Source of the DNA: Welwitschia mirabilis
Taxonomy: Eukaryota
DNA length: 64,000 nucleotides
Reading direction: 5' to 3'
Assembly (NCBI GenBank): GCA_051453625.1
Contig: JBOZIK010000001.1
Location: 35,426,018 to 35,490,017, forward strand
A program made the translations under genes and the position numbers. The notes below the pieces were generated by a model that was given only the letters and a program-made list of their open reading frames with translations, was not told the origin of the DNA and ran no database searches. Of the stretch, positions 28,230 through 43,100 are shown piece after piece (the first letter of the stretch is position 1; each line of letters starts with the position of its first letter).

Positions 28230-29200
28230 AGAGTGAAATTTAAACTAAATGATTAAAACATTTTTAGTGGTAAGAGATATAAATCTTTCTTAAAAAAATA
28301 TTTTGAAGGAGCGTTAGATGAAATGGATGGTTGAAATACTAAATGATTGGTAAAAGGAAAATTAGGGATTATAGACTTAAAAAAAGGACTTTTAGATGAG
28401 GAAGATGTAATAGTTATTCATTTCATACAATGAACTAAATTTAACTAAGTTAACATTTAGTATCATTCTTTTCATAAGAAGAACTAAAGTAGGTTTTAAA
28501 AAAATTTATATGTTCTCTTACTTAATTGTAAGTTACAATTAAAAGAAAGGAAAAAGGAGAGAGTTAAGAAAGGTATTATGAAACATCATTCAGAAAAGTA
28601 AAAAGAAAAAAATCTCTAAGTATTCACTCCATTTATTCTTCAGCAATTCCTCACTCAACCATATGATACACTATTCTGAAATAAACTTCAAACTATCAAA
28701 TATGATGGCTTAGACTATGGTAATATAATCTCATTTACCACATGAGTGTTGATGAATTAGAAGTTACTAATCCTTCAAAACCTTATAATAAAAATGAAAA
28801 GTATGAAACTTTTGTATAGGAGATCATGAAATTACTAAGACTTAGACCAATTAACTAATTAAATTCACTTTCTTGACAATAAAAATTGATAGTTACATTA
28901 TTACTTAAGCATTCCTAGTAAAGGTAAACTATAACTAATAATAAAAAGAAAACAACTCTTTAGTATTGAATCAAAGAAAGGCACATTATATTAGAAATGG
29001 AAGAAAGCTAAAAGGACTCCTCAAGCTATCCTTTGAAGTAATCTTACTCCTTAAAGAAGTTATTAGAAGGCCATCATGCCTTAATGCTCCAAAGATTCTA
29101 TGATTTTTCAAAGTAAAAGATGATACAATAAAGGATTCAAGGCTAGGATGGAGATAAAAGGTGGTTATAAGAATTTGACTTATAGAGTTATAAAAGCAGT
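28230..29200 (+). pseudogene. Highly decayed Ty3/Gypsy gag-pol fragments
   Basis: Weak motifs only: C.GDH zinc-knuckle-like (~28815) and an RT/RH-connection-like QAIL*/SFE..LK segment (~29020-29150). Confidence 0.3.
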
Positions 29201-29374
29201 TACAAAGTGATTGGGTAGGACATTCATTATAAGTAAAGATTATCATGATGAGGCTAATACTTGGCTTCTAGACATTTTTGCTTCTTCTAACCACTATCGT
29301 TACTTTGTGTCTCCATTTTTATTTTACCTAACAGTGTCACATGTCACTGCTACATGTCATTGTCATCATCACCA

Positions 29375-31311
29375 TGTACTATCAAAGATGCAAGTTATTT
29401 TTAAGGTAAAATATCATCAATCCCATAATTGCATTTAATCCAATTTTGCATGATAAGTCAAGAATATGAGAAAAAGGTGTTCTGCATAAAAGGATTGATG
29501 ACACCAGGAGACATGAATGGTGGAACTAGCATTCTTAGGTAGATGTTCATAATATTTTAAAATAGTATTCAAAATATATTAATTATCCTAAAAATGTCAT
29601 TAAAAAATGATATTTTTATAATTATTATTATTAGAAAGCAATAGAAGACATGTTTTTATGATAAATTTGATTTAATAAATTAGTTAATTAACTTGATCAG
29701 AATGTTAATTTTTACATTCTAACATACCTCCTAAGTAGACTTTTGCCAAACCCTTAGTAAAACATTAATAATAAAATATTTAATCATAGAAAAATTATCT
29801 AAGGTAAAAAACTTAAGTGTATAAAATAATATAAATTTAAAAAATTTTATAAATAATTTTATATAGTTAAGATATCAAAATAAAAAAATGATAGAAAAAA
29901 CAATGTGAAAAATGGATATCATGCTCCCTAATTAAAACTAAAAATTATCCTTAAAGTTTTACAATAGAAAGTGTTTAAATCATTTAAAAAGAATAACCTT
30001 AGAAAATTTCGATAAGCCCTTTTATTGAGAATAATGCAAAGCAATGTAACTAAGCTATTAAAAAGGAAAAAACTAATGCAAAATGATCATTTTATTAAAT
30101 GCTAAGTGAAAAGTCAATTTATAAAAACTCTTTATGTCTTATGATTTATTTTTCATGAAAATGAGGATAAAGTAAAAAGGGTGATGAAGATGAAAAATGA
30201 ATATGTGTTAAAGAATTTAACCATAAAACTAATGAATAAATGAGTAAACCTACCTAAGTTGATGATCCTTATTAAGTTTTTCTAATTATTTATTTTCCCC
30301 TTAATGCATGTCAATATCACTAACTATGTTTTTGATCAAATGTCTTATACAAATTTAATAAATTGTAGTAAATCCTAAGTATAAAGGTTAAAGACAATAG
30401 ATCATAGAAAGCCTTCAATTCTAACTTTTTTTCGTTTGTTTTTTAATTTCTACTAGTGTATATGTTCTTAGTTTAAGTTTGTGAATCACATTGAGCATCC
30501 AATGTTATGACATTTTCTTCTAACAAAGTTAAGTATGTTGTTTTATGTAAAAATTAGTCCTACATTGCTGGCAAGCATTTATAGCCCTAACATAGTTGAC
30601 TATGTCAAAACTAGATCATTAGAGCTTTATTACTAGTAAGTATCCATAGCTACAATGTAGTTAATTAAACACAATTAAGTGATTAATGAGATGTACATTT
30701 CGAGAAGAGATATATTATGTTTCTGTTGTTCATCTTCTCATATTAATTTTTTATGCACTTTAGAGTGGTTATTGGCTCATTAGCCTAATCAAAATAAGTC
30801 TTCTACCCATCAAATACTTTAGACATAAGGAACATTATACAAAAGTAGATCCCACTTTTTCAATCCTAATTTACTAAAATTGAAGATCTTAAGCAATTAC
30901 ACCTTTAATAATTACACTTAAAATAAGCGTAACTCTTCCTTAAAGACTTATATTACTACCATGTATTGTCAAAAGTGCAAGTTATTTCCAAGGTAAAATA
31001 TGATAAATTATTTAAATGCATTTGATCCAATTTTGCATGATAAGTTAGGAACATGAGAATTGAGGTGTTTTGCAAAGAAGGTCAGTGGCACCAGGTGATC
31101 TAAACAATGGTGCCAACATTTTTAGCTAGATGTTCATCATATTTTGTAATGTTCCTCAAAATGTGATAATTATCCTATAAATGTCATGAAAAAATAATAA
31201 GTTCAGAATTATTATCAAAAAGAAATAGAATACATACTTTTATGTTAAATTTGATTATAGCAATTGGTTAATTAACTTGATTAGAATGTCAATTTTTAAA
31301 TGTTATTAATA
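29375..31311 (-). mobile_element. Internally deleted Ty1/Copia element
   Basis: ~350-bp direct repeats 29375-29724 and 30962-31311. PBS-like TACCA at 30957-30961. PPT-like TACCTCCTAAG after the left LTR. Minus-strand VFTKGLA-like (~29745), HDIHF (~29915) and GYKCL (~30580) motifs. Confidence 0.65.
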
Positions 31312-31938
31312 GGTAAAGGAGAGGATGATATTCTTCTATCATAATTTAAATTATTGTTAGAAATTACTATAGTTTGGAAAAAAAGAAAAAACTAAATAGT
31401 AAATGCTAAACATTTCTTGCTCAATTCTAGAAATAATTTTTTATTTCTCAATTTAAGTTTTTAAAATAAAATCCATTAAATCTTTTCTAATTGCTTCCTT
31501 AAGAAATCTCTTTTTCCTAATTTTTTCCCCTTTTTGATTATTTATTAGTACCTTGCATGATGAAAATATGTGAAATAGAGTTGTCTACACTAAAGTGGCA
31601 ATAATCTTTAGGCTCAGTCAAAGGTACAAGAAGTAGGTTCAACCAAATGAACGTGGCAACTACTTAGATCATATAAAGCATGAAGTGTATGTCAATTTTT
31701 TGGTAAATAATGTGGTATTTTCTAAGATCACATAAAATGTAAGGGCTAGACCTAATATGAAATGATAACCTTCTTCTTAAAAGAAGAAGTAGGCCTAAAA
31801 TAATTTTTGAAATGTACAGTGCTAAATTGATATNNNNNNNNNNNNNNNNNNNNNNNNNNNNNNNNNNNNNNNNNNNNNNNNNNNNNNNNNNNNNNNNNNN
31901 NNNNNNNNNNNNNNNNNNNNNNNNNNNNNNNNNTTCTT

Positions 31939-32052
31939 ATGGATTAAAATATCAATCTAGCACTTTTTAAAAATTATTTTAGGCCTACTTCTTCAAGAAG
32001 AAGTAGGCCTAAAATAATTTTTAAAAAGTGCTAGATTGATATTTTAATCCAT
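31939..32052. repeat. Perfect inverted repeat, 56-bp arms with a 2-nt loop
   Basis: 31939-31994 is the exact reverse complement of 31997-32052. Confidence 0.95.
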
Positions 32053-32295
32053 TAAAATAGATTTATAAGTGAAAGTAAAGGAAAAGAAAGCATGAAAAGA
32101 AATGATTATTAAAAAAAAAATTACAATATACCTAAATTAGATAATTTAATAAGCACTTGTAAACCTCAAAAGCTAATCAAGTAGTTGCAAGTAGATCCAA
32201 GTAGGATATGCTATAACATTACTTAGTTAAATAAATTGAAAAGAATTAAAGATACCTACTTAAGTAACAACACAATTGTAAATTCCTTCAATCCT

Positions 32296-33517
32296 TCCCT
32301 AGTAACGGTACAAATATGTTATGGTATGAATTTATGCTTTAAAATCTAAATTCCTCAATATATCTTTACTTGAAACACCTAAAAATCTAATTTATAATTA
32401 GATATACAAAACACACTTGTATACCATATCAATCCAAGTGTTATAAATGTGAAGAAGACTTTTAATAAGAATTTAACAAATTGATTTGTATGAAATGCAA
32501 ATCCAAATGAAATGAATGTAATGGATGAATATTAAATGCAATGAATTGAAATGCAAATGAAAGGAGTGCAATCTAAATATAATTACTAACCACTTAACTA
32601 ATTTATTGTCACTTATATTAGACCCTATAATTCATGTTAAATATAACATAATATTACAAAATCAAAATCAACATAACCTATAAGGAAGATAATAGAATTT
32701 GATAAAAGGAAGACACAACTCAGTTAATCTTTATTAATCAATTAAATTATTTAAATCCACTTATAAGCAAAAGATCTTCAATTGAGGAATCATAGCCTAA
32801 TACTAAGGATATCTTTTTCATAAGTTAAGATGAATTTCTTGCTTTTTAATTTACAATATATTACAAAATTCCAGGATGCATCAAAGATGGTATAATGTGG
32901 CATAATAAGGTCTATTTATAGTTTAGGATTGATAGTTGATTAAGCTAAAGAATGTGATGTGGAAGGCCATGATTAAAACCAACATTTGTTATAAGGATAA
33001 TTATTTTTTTAACAAATAACTAATTGTTGTTCACCTGTATCTTCTAGATGGTAAGGTGAATAATAATTTTGTCTTTCTATTAACACATAACATCTAGAAG
33101 TCTAGTGTTACTTTACTGATATTTATCCTCTAGTATCATTTGAGTGACATAGGGGACAATACCTTCTATTCATTACACTATTCTAATATTAAACACCCTC
33201 TTGTATTATCTAAATGACATTGAGAATGATACCTTCTTTAATGATTTTTTAACTTTTCTTAATTATTGTCCACTTATTATAATCTAGATAATAGGATGGA
33301 TCATACTATTTTTCTAAATCTTGATTAATATTCATATTTACTATGGCTTTCAAAGTTTTATAATGCTTGAATTTATACTTAAGTACTCCATTATCATAAT
33401 AAATTAGATTATCCACATTATTGCATACAAGAATTACAAATTACTCATTAACATGTTAATTACTACTAAAACATACTTAATATTACTATCAAATGTAGTT
33501 AATTTGGCCTTGTAACA
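32296..33517 (-). repeat. Athila-family 5' LTR (32317-33517) with adjacent PBS remnant
   Basis: TCCCTAGTAACGGTACAA is the reverse complement of a decayed tRNA-Asp PBS. The LTR body is similar to 52220-53211 and 57990-58914 and ends ...AATTTGGCCTTGTAACA. Confidence 0.72.
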
Positions 33518-33799
33518 AATTTTAATTGTTTCATAATAGTTGCATTTACCAATTCTAACACAATATTTATTGATTGTATTATAATTTCCAACCAAACTAT
33601 TGAGATTCAAAGATTCCATGCCTAGTCAAAGGCCCATGAAATTAAGAGTCTAGTAGACTTCTTAGGAAGCATGTGTGATTCTCTTTCCAAGTAGTTCAAT
33701 TGTTTTAATTATAATTGAATGGGTTTATACAAATTAATTTTTCATATGGAGCATTAAATAACATCAAAATTATAGATTAAAATCCCAATTTTTTTGGAT

Positions 33800-34300
33800 A
33801 TTAAACTAATAATGCCTGTTTTAAGTAAATATCCCAAAAAACCACTTTAATATCAAGTCTAAAATAAATGAAGGACTTTAGTCATTACACAATTGCTAGA
33901 ACATGATTCTAACATAGCATTAAGGCATACAACTAAATCACTAAGCTTTAAACCAATGATAGAAGCATAAAGCTATCAAAATATGCAACTTCAAGAAAGA
34001 TTTTCTTTGAGTGATCTTCTTAGATGAATCTACACCCTTTATCCTATGCAACTTTAAAGAAGACATCCTCAAAGTATTCTTCTCAAGAAATTTACATATC
34101 TTGTTTGAAACCATCAGATACATCCAACACTTCAACTGGAATACATCCAAAAATGGGACTAAGTCAAGAAATTTTTATATAAAATATTATTATAAGAAGT
34201 ATCTCAAATCACTTTTTATAGTATCATTTTACATGAAATTTCATATCACATGAATTGGTTGGGATAAGATCTCAACATAGCTTTCATTTAATCATTGGCA
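33800..34300 (-). pseudogene. Ty1/Copia reverse transcriptase C-terminal fragment
   Basis: Minus-strand FGCIPVE, IKGVDSS, YASIIG and RLDIKVVFG resemble Copia GCKPV.TP, KGDKFS, PYAS.VGSLMY and RPDIAF.VG. Confidence 0.5.
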
Positions 34301-34879
34301 AATATAACCTTATAAAACACAATAATAATTAAAGTATATGGCATAAAATATTCTCATAAAAGGTTTTGCTTCTTAGATTATTTTAAAAAAATATTAAACC
34401 AAAGGTTTAATTTTACCTTTATTTGATGCTTCTCATAAGCATACTTTCACTTCCTTTTATTTATTATATGATTATTATAGCTCTATGCTGAACTTTAATT
34501 AGTATTGCATACATGAATCATAGATCATTGCAGGACTTGATTTGGTTCACTACTTAGAAGGGGTTAAAAATAGTATGAGAAATTTTTAGCATTACCTTTG
34601 GTGCAAATTCTTAAATCTTCCTATGGGTTTTAGCCATGTCTTCTATTCACATATTTTTTAGTGGTTTTTTAAACGCACTCTATCAATGTAAGTAACATAA
34701 GATCCACTATCTACCTAAGTGGTAATTAGAAAAGAATTTCTTTAATATACTTTTAAGCTTCATAGGAGTCATTGGGCATCAAAGAAGGGCATTTCTAGCT
34801 TCTTCTTCTCTTCCTAAAAGACCCATTCCCAAATATAGAAGGTCCTTTACTTGGATAGTAATCTATCTTCTCTTGGTGT

Positions 34880-35945
34880 TTTCATATTATTAATTACCAC
34901 CATCAATGATGTAGTCATCTACCTCCATGTGAACAAACACAGTCTCAATGGTACTTGTCAATAGGAGACCTTTCCTTGAAAAGCTTAATGGCTATCTATT
35001 TTCAAAGACTCCTATCTTTACTACAAATCCTATGATAACTATAAAAGTTTAGGAAGTCTTTCATGAAGACAAATAATGCCTATAAATCTCGTTCTTTCTG
35101 TTAAAACCCTTCAACATATTGGGAATGATTTCTAAGGCCCTTATCCATCATCCAACAAGCATCAATACATCCTTGTTTGTGTCGACTACATAAATAAATG
35201 GATTGAAGCATGTTCTTATTGAATAAATTATGCTAAAATAGTAGTATGATTCTTTAAAGAAAATGTCTTAACTCATTTTGACTGTCTAAATGTTTTAATT
35301 AGCAATAGAGGGACACTCTTTTATAACAAAATATTCAACAATCTTCTCCCTAAATATAGGGTTACTCATAAAGTTGTAACATACAAATAAGTGGCCAACT
35401 TGAGATTAAAAATAGGGGAATTAAGCAAATCCTTCAAAAAATAGTAAACTCAACACATAAAGACTATTTTTTTAGACTTATCAATGTCATATGGGCATAC
35501 TGCACTACTTACAAAATGCCCTTAGAAATGTTACCTTTTCTATTAGTCTATAGTAAAGCATGTCATTTACCTATGAAACCTGATCATAGGTATTACCAGG
35601 TGATCATGAATATGAACTTAGACTTAGAGGTTGTAAAACAAAATAGGGTCATACAACTTAATGAACTACAAAAAATTAGAAATAATGCCTATAACACCAT
35701 GAAAATAAATAAGAATAGGATGAAGAGGCTCCATGAGTAACATATCCTTAGAAAAAATATTTAGAAGGGAGAAGTAGTATTGTTGTATAACTCATTCTTG
35801 CATCTTTTTTCAGGATAAACTAGTATCTGAATAGAAAGGACTCTTTTTAATTAAAAAAAGTTTTTCCATATGGATTTATTCTCATTAAAGATCCTAAACA
35901 AAATCAATTATTTAAAATCAATGGGCATTACCTAAAACATTATTA
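34880..35945 (+). pseudogene. Athila-type integrase fragment (second family)
   Basis: SIFKDS, YILVCVDYINKWIEA, LISNRGT, SGQ...NRGIKQILQK, PFLLVYSKACHLP (ORF 35516-35740) and FKINGHYLKHY. Confidence 0.88.
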
Positions 35946-37740
35946 CTCATCCCACCATCATTTCAAACCTTATCATTCATTAAATCCATTAGTAAATCAC
36001 TCCATCAAACTCATGAACCATCTATCTAAACCATTAGTCCATGATTTTTTGAGACCTACTAATCTAGATTAAAAGCCCTAAAAACAAAAATCAATAATAA
36101 GTAATCATGTTATCACCTAAGTAATGGTTAAGAGTAAGTTTATTTATGGGTTTCTAAGAAAAAGAATGTTTATTTCATGTAGGTTAGTTAAGAACACATT
36201 TGTTTACAATCTTAAATTTTAGTAAAACTTGGTTGAAAAGGTGAGATTTAGCTTCACATGTGCTCTTTAAGGCAAAATCCTTTAATTAAGACAATATTTT
36301 TATTAATTAAAATAATAATTCAATGAACCCCTAATAAGACCATACAAGAATAAGATGAAATACCTTCTCTTCTTTTAAGGTATAATGATGATGCTATTAT
36401 TTTATGATCTAGCACACTCAATGATCTCAACCTATAAAAAATGACTATGGAAAGATGAATAAAAGAACATAGTATATTTCTTCTCTAAAATCGCATAAGA
36501 CTAATTAATTAGTTGGGTTTAGTTAACTACATTAGGGCTATAACCACCTAATGGCAATGTAGCTCTAATGATCTAAGTGTAACATGTTCAATTGCATCAA
36601 AAAAATGCTCACTAGTAATATAGCACTAAGTTCTGCATAATACAACATGCTTAACTCTATTGGGAAAAATATCGTAACACTGGATGCTTAATATGATTTA
36701 AAGACATAATACTAAGAACATATGCAAAGGTAGAAACAGAAAAACAAAGGAAAGAAAAGGTGGGAATTAGAGGCTTTAGGAAAATCGTTGTCTCTTAACT
36801 TTCATAATTAGAATTTGTGTGAATTTCTCAGATTCTTATAGGTTACTTGGTTAAAACTTAGGTTGGTTAATATCGTAGTCCACTAAAATACAAAAATATA
36901 ATAAAGGGCTAATAACTTAAGATAGTTCACTCATTTATTCATTGGTTTCTGGTTTCATTTCATTTGCACATTTTCCATCTCATTTATCTCACATCACTCC
37001 ACCACGTTCCACTTCATATCATTTGCATAAGGAATAACTCCTAAGGCATTAATTTTTTTATGGACAATTNNNNNNNNNNNNNNNNNNNNNNNNNNNNNNN
37101 NNNNNNNNNNNNNNNNNNNNNNNNNNNNNNNNNNNNNNNNNNNNNNNNNNNNNNNNNNNNNNNNNNNNNTAATGTAGTCCATTAAAAAAATACAAAAATA
37201 TAATAAAGGACTAATAACTTAAGATAGTTCACTCATTTATTCATTGGTTTCTAGTTTCATTTCATTTGCACATTTTCCATCTCATTTATCTCACATCACT
37301 CCACTACATTCCACTTCATATCATTTTCATAAGAAATAACTCCTAAGGCATTAATTATTTTTATGGATAATTTTTCCACTTAGCATATGTTTGGTTGTAA
37401 ATAGCTTACCTTTTGCCTTAGCTTAATTTTCATTATTTTTAATAAAAGAATTCTTTGTGATCTTTGTACACCTATGTTCTTAAATAACTTAAACATTTTC
37501 ACCATAGACTTTGAGGACAAAGTTAAGTTTTAGTTATGGGATGTTGTATCTTGATTTTCATTTAATTTTTACTAAAACTTTTCACTTCGATGAATTAGCC
37601 ACATAAAATTAATTACACAATTTTTTAATTCATATTATTCACACATTTAAAGAACTTTTAACATAGATAATTTTTCCATGTTTCACCATTCCTTTATTGA
37701 CTTTTTGTTAAGGCACTAGCAAAAGACTAGTTAGAGAAGG

Positions 37741-39076
37741 TGTTAACATATAAAAATCGACATTTATATTAAGTGTTTCAGGCCAATTTATTGTAAATGA
37801 AGACATTAATTTAATTATTTTAATTATAAAATATGTTTTATATTATTTGTAAGATAAAATTTAATATTATTATTTTCTTCATAATAATTGTAGATATTTA
37901 GCCATGTTTTGGAACATGTGGTGCAAGATGGACACAATTCTACACAAAACAATGGTGGCAATGGAGATATGAGGTGATGATATGTAGCAGAAGCATTTGA
38001 AGACATGTGGAAGAGGCATGTGGAGGTGGTATTAAAGACATGTGGCGATAGCACCAGTTGGTAGGGGAATCTAGCTCTAAAGGCCATATGTCAGACTCAT
38101 CATAATGAAGATTCCACCTAATAATATGTGATGATCTTCATCAAATGTTGTAAGATAACCTCCATGAAATGCTAAATGATGAAGATTGTACCTAATGCTA
38201 AAGAACGGAATCTTATCTACATAACTCTATAAAACAACCTCCATCAAATGCTACAAGATAGTATTCTATATACCTAATACTAAATAATAGAATTTATACT
38301 TAACGCTAAAAGTCAAGAGCTTGTAACCATCCTTCATCTCGATCTCTCCCTATAAAAAGGCCTTGAAGCCTTTATTGTATTCATCTTTTCCTTGAAGAAA
38401 TTTGAGCACTTTTGAGTATCAACTTCTGATGGCTTTCTAGATGAATTTTTTGTGGAGTAAGCTAGTTCTTAAGGATTACTTAAAAAGTTCTTCTTATTTC
38501 TTCTTCCTTTGTTATAATATTGTTCTTATGTTGCAATATAAAAGATATTTTCTTTAATTTTGATTCATGAATAACATCATAACTAAAATTCTTAGGTGAA
38601 TGCTTTAATTATCAAGTTAGTCTTATTTGTGTGAATTACTTTTATCACTTAGTCTTTTAATTTTATAGATCTTGAGCACTTCAGGACATCTTACTTTCTA
38701 CAGTTATTTCAAGATTAATGTGTTAAGGGATTTCACTAATTATTATATAAAGGATTAAATTATGCCCCATGACTTAAGCCAAATTCATTTGATAGTTTAA
38801 AGCATTTTGCAAGAAGAGGTGATAGTATAACATTTGATTAAAGAAATACTTAAGAACGAATCAACAACACTTTGGAGCTAGTTTGCTACCATTCTCTCTA
38901 GGATGAATTTCAAGCTTAAAATCAATTCAATTATTCTTCTTTTTTCTTTCGTTTTTGTAACTTGTTTTAAAGCTAAAGTAGCATAAAACTGAGCCAATAT
39001 TCAATCTTATCCGTGAGGAAGAACAATAGCTAAGTAAAACTTAGCTTAAATCCAAGATGATATACTACATTAATCA
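37741..39076 (+). repeat. 3' LTR of the second Athila-type element
   Basis: Preceded by GGCACTAGCAAAAGACTAGTTAGAGAAGG (PPT region). Starts TGTTAACA, has TATAAAA at 38351 and ends TACTACATTAATCA. The 3' part is duplicated at 39329-39890. Confidence 0.7.
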
Positions 39077-40085
39077 GTGATCTTAAAAAAAGAATCAATT
39101 TATTTCATAGTAGTTTAGCAGTTTAAGATGAAATCTTTCTTATAGTAGGTCTTTCTTACTTTTCAAATGTTAATTAGCAATAGAATCTTTCTCTCATCCC
39201 CTTCTCTTTTTCTCTTTCTGCCTCCCGCNNNNNNNNNNNNNNNNNNNNNNNNNNNNNNNNNNNNNNNNNNNNNNNNNNNNNNNNNNNNNNNNNNNNNNNN
39301 NNNNNNNNNNNNNNNNNNNNNNNNNNNNTATTGTTCTTACGTTGCAATATAAAAGATATTTTCTTTGATTTTGATTCATGAATAACATCATAACTAAAAT
39401 GCTTAAGTGAATTCTTTAATTATCAAGTTAGTCTTATTTGTGTGACTTAATTTTATCACTTGGTCTTTTAATTTTATAAATCTTGAGTACTTCAGGACAT
39501 CTTACTTTTTACAGTTATTTCAAGATTAATGTGTTAAGGGATTTCACTAATTATTATCTAAAGAATTAGATTATGCCCCATGACTTAAGCCAAATTCATT
39601 TGATAGTTTAAAGTATTTTGCAAGACGAGGTGATATTATAACATTCGATTAAAGAAATACTTAAGAATGAATCAACAACACCTTAGAGCTAGTTTGCTAC
39701 CATTCTCTCTAGGATGAATTTCAAGCTTAAAATCAATTCAATTATTCTTCTCTTTTCTTTCCTTTTTGTAACTTGCTTTAAAGCTAAAGTAGCATAAAAC
39801 TGAGCCAATATTTAATCTTATCCCTGAGGAAGAACAATAGCTAAGTAAAAACTTAGCTTAAATCCAAGACATTATACTACATTAATTAGTGATCTTAAAA
39901 AAAGAATCAATTTATTTCATAGTAGTTTAGCAGTTTAAGATGAAATCTTCTTATAGTAGGTCTTTCTTACTTCGAACCTTAATTGGCAATAGATTCTTTC
40001 TCTCTTTCCCTTATCTTTTTCTCTCTCTTCCTCCCTCTCTTCCCCCTGCCCCCCTCCCCCCACGCCTGTGCCCCCTGTAGCTGTC

Positions 40086-40088
<3 letters not shown>

Positions 40089-40160
<72 letters not shown>
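40089..40160. repeat. (CT)n microsatellite
   Basis: Direct reading. An interrupted counterpart lies at 43197-43268. Confidence 0.97.
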
Positions 40161-43100
40161 NNNNNNNNNNNNNNNNNNNNNNNNNNNNNNNNNNNNNNNN
40201 NNNNNNNNNNNNNNNNNNNNNNNNNNNNNNNNNNNNNNNNNNNNNNNNNNNNNNNNNNNNTATGATAAGTAGAAAATCCTAACATTTCATAAGGATATGT
40301 CCATGTCTACCACCATAAAGGATTGTTGTGGTATATAATTTTGCAATCCTTTATGTCTCATTTGATCTTATTAATAAAAATAGATATATTACAAAATACA
40401 ATACACTATTATGAATGGGAGTAACCTAAATGTTCTAAACCCATTGAAGGCATGTGAGAGAAGAAGGAGAATTGGTTTTCAAAGCATATCACATTTAAAC
40501 ATAGGAATAATGTAGAAAAATAAATATGCAAGGCAATCTAAATGTAATCTACCCTAGATGAAGACCTATCTAAGTACTAAATTGACTTGTCAGGAGGATC
40601 AGCCCTATGTAATCTAAATCAATCTAGAAGACTATTATTAACTAAGACCAACTTATACTATCAAGTGAGTCGAACAAATATAATGAAAAATGGTTCTTAC
40701 GCTAATTTTATCAACCTTAACTAAGGTTGTCCTTAAGACCTATATCGTTAATAATACTATCACCAAATTAATAACAACATAATCTATAAGGAAAATTAAC
40801 AGTATAAATGCATAACAAAGAAATAGAGTTTTATATTAAAAATTAAACCAACATCTAGGTTATAAAATAGCTAAGCCTCAATGGAGGATGCATAGCCCTT
40901 CACCAAGAAAACATCTTTTCATAACCTATGAGATGGATCTCCTGCCCTTTGATCTTCTATTATGAAATGTCTAATGCATCAAAGATGGATGGGAGAGTTA
41001 TTAGAGGGGATGGGAAGGGGGTTATTTATAGGATGAAGGTAAAACCATCACACAGGATGTGTTAAAAAAATGTATTCAAATCCAAGAAAGAAATGGATGA
41101 AATAGATGAAAGCTAGCTGGCCATCTCAGGTGTCGTCCTAGCTATCATGGGGATAACCAAGGGGATAATGATACATGTTTTATGTTTGTCATCCTGCATG
41201 TCATGGGGATAACCATGAAGATGATACCTCTTTAGAAAAGATGAATTTTATAGTACTGACTCTAGTCCATATCAACATTCCCTTGTGGTTTATACAGTGT
41301 AGTTGTCCTACCTATCATGGGGATGATAGAGGGAATGATAGTCATCTTTGTTCTTTTAGCTTAAGATACTACAAGAAATATAGGCTTTTAAGACATTTCT
41401 AAAATGCCTTAAAAGTCTTAAAAAATTCCTTAAAAGATTTAAGATGTTTCTTCATAAAATGATTTAGGTGTTTCTAAAGAATTTTAATAAACATGCCTCT
41501 GAAAAGCTTTTTAAGATGTTTTTTGAAAAAAATGCCTGAAGGCTTTTGAGGCTTTTTTTTCAAGAAATGCCTTAAAAGTTCTTTTGAGGTGTTTTATTAG
41601 ATAAACACCTCAAAAGATGTCACCTATGGAAAAAAATAATAAAATAAGTGGATTTCAAGTAGCACTAGGCCTTAAGACAAAGAAACTTGAAATAAAATCT
41701 CAGTATAACTAATTTAATTTATTAGGTACTTCACAAAAGTCATGTTTTTGAAACAAATGCTATGAGAATCCCCATAGGAAGATCTTATGTAATCATTTTA
41801 AGCCTGTTAATTTACTAAAGTAAAACTTAAAAGGGTTATAAATAAAGGGTTTCACTTAAGATCAATGTAATTTACTATTGCAAAGTAAGCGATACTATTC
41901 CTAAAAAATACAAGCTTCAGAGAGACAAATTGCTATCGAAAAGTAAATGATAGCTATCAAAATATTTTCTAGTAAGGAAATAAAATCAATAAATAATTAT
42001 TAAAAGATCTTGCTTATCTGATAATAACATGCAGTTTCTTGTTGGTCCAAGCTTATTACTCTTAACTATCAAAAAAGTTGAGGTGTGGCAGGAAAGGGGA
42101 TTGAAGGGGGATTGTTAAGTAGAAAATAACTAAAATAAGAGATTATACCTTAGCAGAGCCTAAAGAAAATAAAAGGAGATACTCTTAATAGGAATTTTAT
42201 ATGAAGTGACAACACTTGTAGATTATCTATTTTTATCGCATAGGGATGAGAATGAAACATATGATTACAGTTTTGAGGTAAAAGAAGTTAATAAAATATT
42301 CCTGAATAAATTGTTTATCACACAGAAAGCCATTTAATTTTTCAAATCCCAAGCATAGTAAAGGGACTTTAAACCTGAAATCTTAATAAAAGGATGTCTT
42401 AAGGAGTAGTAAGTAGCTAGACAGAATGCCATATGGCCAGGGTTTGAAATCTTTAGCGAAGAAGGCATGATACCTGTGCTTGACAGATGGAATATCACAT
42501 GTTAAATAAGACTTCATGGATCTCATAATGTAGATCAAAGTTTTCTACATGGCATCACTTACTAAACAACATTTATAGGTCTTCTTGCTATAGCTCTCAT
42601 TTTCGCACATTCCTGTGACTTACTAGCAAATACCTATGGCTTACAATTGATGGATAGAGAAGAGACAAAGATAGTGCAGCATAAAATAAGTAACACAATA
42701 TCACATGAGAGGTGGACAGGAGGGGCATTAAGTGGATAGCTAGTGCTTCAACTAGTGAACATGGGTTGACCCAGAGAGTTACAAAGAATAAATGCTATGG
42801 AACTTCGTCACAACCAACATTATTTTACCTACATTCATGTCCTCTTGTTTCCTTCTTCATGACCAAGCTTCATTCTTGTAAATCTTTTTTGCATCATTGT
42901 CATTACTGTGCAATGATAACAACTCGTCTACCTATTCTATGAGATCTTCATAGTGTTTCAAACTTGCTTCTAGTCATTCTAGTAATTAAGGAAGCCTTAG
43001 TTCAAGGAAAAGAAATTTTAAAATGGATCATCAAGAAATACTTCTTCCATATGAGCTATTTTTTTGCAAGAAAGAAAATTCAAAGATACATGGATGNNNN

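Noticed and set aside
31939..32052. miRNA precursor or MITE
   Set aside because: The stem is perfect, starts 5 bp from a gap, has no TSD and is absent from the pre-gap counterpart.
41380..41620. Short repeats resembling a CRISPR array
   Set aside because: They occur in both orientations with irregular spacing next to a TIR, so they are CACTA subterminal repeats. There are no cas genes and the context is eukaryotic.
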